Virus record (IMG/VR): IMGVR_UViG_3300027804_000166
Span: 1 to 30,201 of that record
Reading direction: 5' to 3' (one strand)
Source of the DNA: a virus
Taxonomy: Duplodnaviria; Caudoviricetes
DNA: 30,201 nt
Positions 24,339-30,201 of this stretch are shown here, in pieces; positions within the stretch are counted from its first letter, which is position 1, and every line of letters starts with the position of its first letter. A program made the translations under genes and the position numbers. The notes below the pieces were generated by a model. That model worked only from the letters and a program-made list of their open reading frames with translations, was not told the DNA's origin and did no database searches.

Positions 24339-24782
24339 TTAGGTAGCAGCCACGTTGCTGCCGACGAACGTGGTGGCAGCGCGATGCGGCTTGTTAAGGA
24401 TGCCGTAGACCTTGACGGTCGCATCGGTGCCGGTGGTGCCAACGCCGTTCATGCGAACATAACGCTTGGAACCCTTGTAGCCAATGCCGCCGATGATCTT
24501 GTTGTCATCGCCATCGGCAGTGACAGACAGAGCAATCGTGCCATTGACTGAATCAGCCGCGACGATGGACGCAGCGTCACCAGCAACGGTCGTGTCGGAG
24601 TGCTGAACCGTGAAGGTGAAGCCAGCGGCAGCGCCAGCATCGGTCACGGTGTCGGTGGCAAGCATGAGCGTCACGGCGTCGAAGCCACGAGTATCAACCC
24701 AAGAAGTAGCACCGGCAGTGGTGCCAGAGAGGGTCACGGTGCCAAGCAGAACAACCTGCTTGTTAGAAAGCATATCACGCAT
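24339..24782 (-). CDS. Capsid decoration/cement-like protein
   Basis: Directly after the MCP; beta-rich VDTRGF...VQHSD...GYKGSKRYVR pattern. Confidence 0.7.
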   Translation of the reverse strand: MRDMLSNKQVVLLGTVTLSGTTAGATSWVDTRGFDAVTLMLATDTVTDAGAAAGFTFTVQHSDTTVAGDAASIVAADSVNGTIALSVTADGDDNKIIGGIGYKGSKRYVRMNGVGTTGTDATVKVYGILNKPHRAATTFVGSNVAAT

Positions 24783-24810
24783 CTCAAGAATCCTTCTTAT
24801 CGGCGTGGTT

Positions 24811-24836
24811 GCGGAGCGGCGTTATTGCCGCCCCGC
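24811..24836 (-). other. GC-rich hairpin between the MCP and decoration genes
   Basis: GCGGGGCGGC-AATAAC-GCCGCTCCGC, 10-bp stem with no U-tract; probably stabilises the MCP mRNA. Confidence 0.55.
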
Positions 24837-24845
24837 GTTAGTGCT

Positions 24846-26141
24846 TTAGGCAGTGAACTCGATCAGCTTGAGAGCCTCGAAGTTCACGACATCGCCGCCC
24901 ACACGCTTCGTGGTGTAGAACTCCACGTAGGGCTTGGCAGAGTAGGGATCGCGCAGAGTGCGGATGCCGAGGCGGTCCACGATCTGATAAGCTTCGCGCA
25001 TATCGCCAACGGCGATGGAAAGCGAATCCGTGGCCGGATCCGGCATGTCCTCGAAGGACGCGACCGGATAGCCGAGCAGCGATGCGGGCTGACCGGCAGC
25101 GATGCCGGGAGACCACAGGTAAGCGCCATCCGAGTCCTTGAGTTTACGCGTCAGCTTGAGCGTGGCGCGGTTCATGAACCAGGTTGCGTTGGCGCGGTAC
25201 TGCTGCTTGAGGCCATAGAGCGCGTTGATGAGAACATCGCCACCGTTGGGAGCGGCGGCAAATGCGCCGTTCACGCCGGTATCGAAACGCTCGATGGTGC
25301 CGGGAAGCGTGGTGCCAGACGAGAATGTCAGGAAGCCACGGGGCTTGTTGACGCCGTTGCCGACAACGAAAGCGTTGGCTTCGTCACGGGCGAACTTCTC
25401 GGCAACCTTGGAGGCAAGCCATGCTTCCATGTTGATCGAGGCGTCATCGAGCAGCTTCTGCGTAGCCTTGGGCTTCGCATAGAGTTCGTGGGCAGGAATG
25501 CGCCACTTGCCAAGCTGCGGCGTGTTTGTCTCGGGACGGCTGTCCGTTTCGCCAACCCAGCCCGAAGAGGCTTCGTTGAGATCGAACAGGCCTTCGAGGG
25601 CATCCGAGGAGATGACCTGGATCGAGGCGTATGCACGCATCGGGCTGGTCTCGAAGACCTTCATCACGATACGGCCAGAGAGGTCGGGATTGACCACATA
25701 GCCGCCATCGGGATCGGTGCCGACCGAGAGAGCCTTGCGCTCTTCCGGCCCCATGACTTCTTCGCCCTTGCGGAGGAAGGTGTCGAACGCGGCCTTGTAG
25801 CCGTCCATGTCGGCAGCGCCGAAGGAACCAGCAACAGCGCCACGGCGGCGGGCGTTCATGGAAGCCCACTCCTGGGCCTTGCGGTCGAGATCGACCACTT
25901 CGCCACGCTCGTCGGTGACGATGCGGGACTGACGCTTGGAAGCCAGAACGGCCTCGTCAGCGATCTTCTGGGCCTTCTCAAGATCGGCTTCGATCTTCTG
26001 AAGCTTGGCCTCGGTCACGACATCGGCGCTGCCCTTCTTTTCGATCTGGGCAAGGCGCTCGTCGTTGGCCTTCTTGAACTCTTCGAATCCGGCGTGCAGC
26101 GCGTCAACCGCGCCGATGGCCTTCTTGATTTCCTCTGACAT
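24846..26141 (-). CDS. HK97-fold major capsid protein
   Basis: Coiled-coil delta domain, DGGYVV.P, WVGE, LLDDA, G.G..KPRG, LLGYPV and KRVGG motifs. Confidence 0.95.
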   Translation of the reverse strand: MSEEIKKAIGAVDALHAGFEEFKKANDERLAQIEKKGSADVVTEAKLQKIEADLEKAQKIADEAVLASKRQSRIVTDERGEVVDLDRKAQEWASMNARRRGAVAGSFGAADMDGYKAAFDTFLRKGEEVMGPEERKALSVGTDPDGGYVVNPDLSGRIVMKVFETSPMRAYASIQVISSDALEGLFDLNEASSGWVGETDSRPETNTPQLGKWRIPAHELYAKPKATQKLLDDASINMEAWLASKVAEKFARDEANAFVVGNGVNKPRGFLTFSSGTTLPGTIERFDTGVNGAFAAAPNGGDVLINALYGLKQQYRANATWFMNRATLKLTRKLKDSDGAYLWSPGIAAGQPASLLGYPVASFEDMPDPATDSLSIAVGDMREAYQIVDRLGIRTLRDPYSAKPYVEFYTTKRVGGDVVNFEALKLIEFTA

Positions 26142-27246
26142 GCAGGGATTCCTTTAGCTTTGACAGTGACTGTAAAAGGGCATCGACGCCCTCGGTTACG
26201 GCCTCTTCATCGCCAGCGTCCCGCTGTCTCTGTAGGGCTTTGAATCCGTGGAGAGTGAGAGCCACGGCCTCTTTGCGGGAGTATCCTGCATCACGCAGGA
26301 AACGCTCGAAATCTCTTTCGGTGGTGATCGACTTGACGTTCGTCACCTTTGCATCCGGCAGCATCGGGAACGTCACAAGGCTGATCTCGAACAGGTCCAC
26401 TTCCATCAGCTTGCGAACACGACCATCGCCCTCTGGGATGGCTTCCATTGTGCGATAGCCGATGGACATGGAATCGATGGCCCCGGCGCGAAGGAGCGCC
26501 ATTGCCTCGCGGCCTTTTTCTACTTCTTTGAGCAGACGGCCACGGACAAACAGGCCACGCTCGTCCTCGTAGATGTCATCCCAAACGCCGATGGGCTGGC
26601 TCATATCGTGCTGCCATAGCATCTTGACTTTACGAGAGCCGAGCGATTTGCGAAATGCGCCGCGTTCGACCACATCCATTCCCTGATCGACAACGCCGAA
26701 GACGGAGGCATAGCCCTCGAAGACGCCATCTTGATCCGGTTCGCGCTTGAGCGTGAGGGATACGTTCTTATGCTGGATCGGTTCGGACATGAACTTGTCG
26801 CCCTCTTCTCTGCGAACTATTGCGTTGGCCCATGAGCGGCCAGGATCACCGCCCCACAAGGCCCAGGCTATGCGGCCAGCGGATGGATAGCCATCCTCGC
26901 CGGGGGAGAATCCTTGGCCTTGCTTGTCCACCTCATGGCGGGCGAAGTAGGACACCATCCGCTTGACGGTATCGAGCGAAAGATTGCGGCGATTCTTGAT
27001 GTCGCGTGCGCGGGCAACGCCGATCTCGGTTCCGCCACGGTTGAACTCATCACGCCATTCGAGGCCGCGTGTGGCTTCTCGTGCCATTGCCTCGTTTGGT
27101 GAATATCCATCGGCCTTGCCTTCCCACTTGGAAATGCAGACGGCATAACGCTGATCTTCATCGGGAAAATCAGACATTGCCTCCTCGTCGCTCATGCAAC
27201 GGGAGATGAACTCGTCTTCGTTTTCGGTCGGGCCGGGGCTAGGCAT
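26104..27246 (-). CDS. HK97-type prohead protease with two extra N-terminal domains
   Basis: C-terminal half has FEGYASVF, MLWQH, MSIGY and LFEISLVTFP; about 150 aa N-terminal extension. Confidence 0.9.
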   Translation of the reverse strand: MPSPGPTENEDEFISRCMSDEEAMSDFPDEDQRYAVCISKWEGKADGYSPNEAMAREATRGLEWRDEFNRGGTEIGVARARDIKNRRNLSLDTVKRMVSYFARHEVDKQGQGFSPGEDGYPSAGRIAWALWGGDPGRSWANAIVRREEGDKFMSEPIQHKNVSLTLKREPDQDGVFEGYASVFGVVDQGMDVVERGAFRKSLGSRKVKMLWQHDMSQPIGVWDDIYEDERGLFVRGRLLKEVEKGREAMALLRAGAIDSMSIGYRTMEAIPEGDGRVRKLMEVDLFEISLVTFPMLPDAKVTNVKSITTERDFERFLRDAGYSRKEAVALTLHGFKALQRQRDAGDEEAVTEGVDALLQSLSKLKESLHVRGNQEGHRRG

Positions 27247-27252
27247 GAGGGG

Positions 27253-27281
27253 AATATATCATTGCTTGATTGAAATCACAA
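27253..27281 (-). promoter_or_regulatory. Promoter for the protease-capsid genes (probably leaderless transcript)
   Basis: TTGTGA-N17-TATATT with TGn extension; only 6 nt (CCCCTC) separate the -10 from ATG 27246, and there is no SD. Confidence 0.55.
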
Positions 27282-28061
27282 CATGGCCTCAAGGGCGGCT
27301 TCGTCCACGATGTAACCAACGGCGCAACGGCAGTTGATGACCTCATCGCCGGGGCCTTCTGGATCACCGGGAAACATGAGTTCGGCATCGCCAACCTTGA
27401 ACTTCTCGTCCATTCCGACAACCTGACCGTTTGCTTCTCGATGCGTCTCTCTGGTGCGGTCATCGGCAGCGGCCAGCCACTCTCGGGACAATGGCAAGCC
27501 AGTCTGCTTTGCGGCCTCCTGGGAGCCGTAATTGGCAGCGCCGTGCGTCTCGGTGCGGGCAATCGTGTCGGCCCTGTAGGACGAAATCTGCGGCACCAGA
27601 TCGAGGATGTAGGAAGCGGTGCCGCGTTGGCCCAAGCCATCCTCGTAGCCTTTCCGAACCGCCCGGATGATTTGGTCGCGGGTTGTTTCCGTGACCTCTG
27701 TGATGCGGCGGCGGATCGCCTCTTGCTCAATAAAGCGCAACGCCCTGCGCGTCATGATCTGAGCGAAGCTTTCCTTGGTCTCCAGCTTCAAGCCTCGCGC
27801 CTTGGCTTGGTCCATAATGCGTGAGCCGAACATGGTGATCGAGGCAATTGCCATCTGGCGATAGGTCGCCTCGATGCGGTCCCGGAAATCGCGCGGCAAG
27901 GTGACGTTCCCGGTCTGCTCCCAATGCTCGACCATCTCACGCATGGCGGTTGCTATCTCGCGCTGAAGACGGCCACGGAATTGGACGGTCAGCCTATCGA
28001 GCAATGCGCCTTGACGGCGCACCTCGCGGCGCGTGTTTGAATCAACCAGCCTTCGAGCCAT
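27276..28061 (-). CDS. Head morphogenesis/minor head protein (Mu gpF/SPP1 gp7-like)
   Basis: RA.TIARTE, W....D.RTR..H and FPGDP......INCRC motifs. Confidence 0.9.
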   Translation of the reverse strand: MARRLVDSNTRREVRRQGALLDRLTVQFRGRLQREIATAMREMVEHWEQTGNVTLPRDFRDRIEATYRQMAIASITMFGSRIMDQAKARGLKLETKESFAQIMTRRALRFIEQEAIRRRITEVTETTRDQIIRAVRKGYEDGLGQRGTASYILDLVPQISSYRADTIARTETHGAANYGSQEAAKQTGLPLSREWLAAADDRTRETHREANGQVVGMDEKFKVGDAELMFPGDPEGPGDEVINCRCAVGYIVDEAALEAML

Positions 28062-29304
28062 AGGCCAGTGCTTTCACAAGATCGGGGCTGAGTGGTTCCG
28101 GCATCGGTTCGTTTGCCATGCTCAAGGGGATTTCGGCGGAAGAAACGAACAGGACATCACCGCCTTCGATTGGCCCATAGCCCTTCAAGGCGCGGCGCTC
28201 ATTGATAGTGAGGTCTTGTGACTGGTCAGCCATCTGCCACATCGAAAGTCGCTTCTCGGCAATGGCCGGGATGCTGTCGATGTCTGGCTTGATCTCGACA
28301 CCGTAGATCGAGCCGAGCCAATTGTTCCAATCGTTCACGATCATCTGGAGCAACGGCAATGCCGTGTCTTCCCAGAACGCCAGACGGGCCTCGGCATAGT
28401 TGGAATAGGTGTTATCGCCAGGAATGCCGAGAAGCTGCGGCGGCACGCCGAAGGCCAAGGCAACGTCACGGGCCGAGGAGAACTTGACCTCAATGATGCC
28501 CATGTCAGTCGGGCTTAGGCCCATCTGCTGCCAGTCAAGACCACCTTCGAGGAGCATCGGGCGACCGGCGTTCGAGGAGCCGGAATATTGCTCTTCGATC
28601 TGGGCCTTGAGGCGGTTGAAGTTCTCGTCGGAAAGCGTGCCGGAATCCTTGACGGTCAATGCACCAGACGGACGCGCCGAGTTCTGGAGCAAGGCTTGCA
28701 TCCAGTTCATGGCTTCGTTGTTCTGGTCGATGGCGTAGGAACCTGCCTCGATTGGACTCATGCCGTACCAATCGTTCAACGGGTTGAACAGCTTCAAGTG
28801 CCGCACATCGCATTCGAGCGTGCGCGGGTCCATCTCCCATCGCACCTTGTTCTGGCCGAGCGTATATTCGTATGCAGACGGGATGCCGTTGGATGATGGA
28901 ACGATCTTCATGCGGTCTGGTCGAAGCTGGTAAAGCTCCTTGACCTCGCGGCCTACCATGAACCGCTCTTCGTAGCCGTTGCCCGCGATCATCAGGAACG
29001 ACACCTTGGCGCGAACGTAATCGGAATAGGACTGAAGCGGATTCGGGCGCTCGAGCAGGGTGATCAACGGGTGGTCGACCAGTTCTGTCTCACCACGGTA
29101 GACGCCAAGATTGACGGATGCGATGGCATCCGCGATCCGGTTGATGGCCTGATATGCCACCACGTTCTTGCCATAGGCTTCCTTGGCGAAGGATTCGTAG
29201 TTGCGTGGAGACCACACGGCTTGGCCGGGATTGATCACCATAAGCTTGGCGGCAGCGGATTCCTTGCGCTCTTGCGGGCGGCGGAAACGGTCAAAAAGTC
29301 CCAT
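28042..29304 (-). CDS. HK97-family portal protein
   Basis: LRPDR, YGMSP, N.ARPSG, G..NAG...LLEGG, FGVPP.LLG...TYSN and TINE.R motifs; GAGG RBS before ATG 29304. Confidence 0.95.
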   Translation of the reverse strand: MGLFDRFRRPQERKESAAAKLMVINPGQAVWSPRNYESFAKEAYGKNVVAYQAINRIADAIASVNLGVYRGETELVDHPLITLLERPNPLQSYSDYVRAKVSFLMIAGNGYEERFMVGREVKELYQLRPDRMKIVPSSNGIPSAYEYTLGQNKVRWEMDPRTLECDVRHLKLFNPLNDWYGMSPIEAGSYAIDQNNEAMNWMQALLQNSARPSGALTVKDSGTLSDENFNRLKAQIEEQYSGSSNAGRPMLLEGGLDWQQMGLSPTDMGIIEVKFSSARDVALAFGVPPQLLGIPGDNTYSNYAEARLAFWEDTALPLLQMIVNDWNNWLGSIYGVEIKPDIDSIPAIAEKRLSMWQMADQSQDLTINERRALKGYGPIEGGDVLFVSSAEIPLSMANEPMPEPLSPDLVKALAYGSKAG

Positions 29305-29312
29305 CGATAACC

Positions 29313-30200
29313 TCACAAGGCGCGAACCGCAGGAGCAGACTGCGGCGCTGTCATATCGGAAATTGCACTCATTGCGGTGTCTATCATATCATCATGTGTG
29401 CCGTTGGGAAAGACCGAGGCCTCGGACATGAAATCGGCCAGGTGATCAATGTTGGACATGATGTAGACATTGCCGGATTGAATATAGGGCGCGGCATCGA
29501 ATGCGCGTGTCACTTTGTCGGTATTGCGCTGGATCGGGATGATCGGAATGCCTTCACGTTTCAGCTTCTGGATCAGGCCGGTGCCGCTCACCTTGTCTTC
29601 GACCTTGAAGGCTCGAAGCGGCCCATGATACGGCTGGGAATGATGCTTCTGCCAAAACGCGCGGGCCATCGTCTCAAGTTCCGGAGCCTCCCACTTGCCG
29701 CGTGCCATATCGAGCAGCACGATCTGTCCGGTTTGCGTTTGGCCCCAGCATTGGAAGACGGAATAGTCATTCTGTTCCTTTGTCTTTTGCGCCGTGTCGG
29801 CATATATCGCACGCCACTTGAGCGGCGGCATAGCATCGTAGAATCGCCACCATTCATCTTTGAAGATGCCACCGCCAAGCGGTGCGGGGCGTTGCATGTA
29901 TTGACCAGCGAAAACGTATGGGCTGGATTGCTCGAGTCGGTCGAGCATCTCGGGCGGGAATTGTTCCGGCCAGAACGATGATCCATCGGGATCACGGGCA
30001 GGGATGACGAGGCTGTCCCACTTCTCTCCAGAGCCGCCGCCTAGAAGCCAGCCGGAAAGATCATCTTCGTGGAGCCGCTGCATGATGACGATGATTGGCG
30101 TGTCTGTCTTGTTGAGGCGTGATTGTATCGTGGTCTGATACCAGTCGATCACGTTCTGGCGCATGATGGGCGAGGTTGCCTCACCTGCCTTGTGCGGGTC
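29313..30200 (-). CDS. terL: Terminase large subunit, C-terminal part (5' end outside the window)
   Basis: Open to the window edge (DPHK...); MQRLHEDD, YMQRP, ADTA, EDK.SG and FPNG.HDD..D nuclease motifs. Confidence 0.93.
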   Translation of the reverse strand, partial: DPHKAGEATSPIMRQNVIDWYQTTIQSRLNKTDTPIIVIMQRLHEDDLSGWLLGGGSGEKWDSLVIPARDPDGSSFWPEQFPPEMLDRLEQSSPYVFAGQYMQRPAPLGGGIFKDEWWRFYDAMPPLKWRAIYADTAQKTKEQNDYSVFQCWGQTQTGQIVLLDMARGKWEAPELETMARAFWQKHHSQPYHGPLRAFKVEDKVSGTGLIQKLKREGIPIIPIQRNTDKVTRAFDAAPYIQSGNVYIMSNIDHLADFMSEASVFPNGTHDDMIDTAMSAISDMTAPQSAPAVRAL

Positions 30201-30201
30201 A

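Noticed and set aside
24600-26138. 512-aa plus-strand ORF
   Set aside because: Antisense shadow of the strongly codon-biased capsid gene; no motifs or RBS.
1-30201. tRNA genes, integrase/att sites, IS elements, introns/inteins, stop-codon reassignment
   Set aside because: None seen by eye. Core genes are uninterrupted and of normal length under the standard code; tRNAscan-SE was not run.

Overview
About 30 kb of a tailed dsDNA phage genome (HK97-fold capsid, non-contractile tail). The host is probably an alphaproteobacterium, an inference from GTA-like tail modules, high GC and a GcrA-like HTH. At the left edge a small HTH gene and a Prim-Pol primase gene (missing from the ORF track, running off the window) read leftward. 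From about 1.1 to 9.1 kb a rightward early block encodes a Sak4-like AAA ATPase, DUF669 SSB, Cas4-like exonuclease, SF2 helicase, VRR-NUC, a secreted transglycosylase-like protein, an XRE HTH and DUF6378. From 30.2 down to 9.06 kb a leftward late block encodes terminase, portal, Mu-F-like protein, extended prohead protease, capsid, decoration and head-fibre proteins, connectors, two paralogous tail-tube genes, a -1 frameshifted tail chaperone, tape measure, tail tip, lysis cassette, a mini-zincin and a metallophosphoesterase. No integrase, tRNA, CRISPR array or reverse transcriptase is visible. The most interesting signal is an unannotated minus-strand sRNA candidate at about 7275-7355. It has its own sigma70-like promoter and two strand-specific hairpins whose loops show anti-Shine-Dalgarno motifs (CUCCC, UCCUCCUU), resembling alphaproteobacterial cuckoo/CcsR sRNAs and complementary to the phage's strongest early RBSs. 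All family assignments are motif recognition by eye, not database searches.
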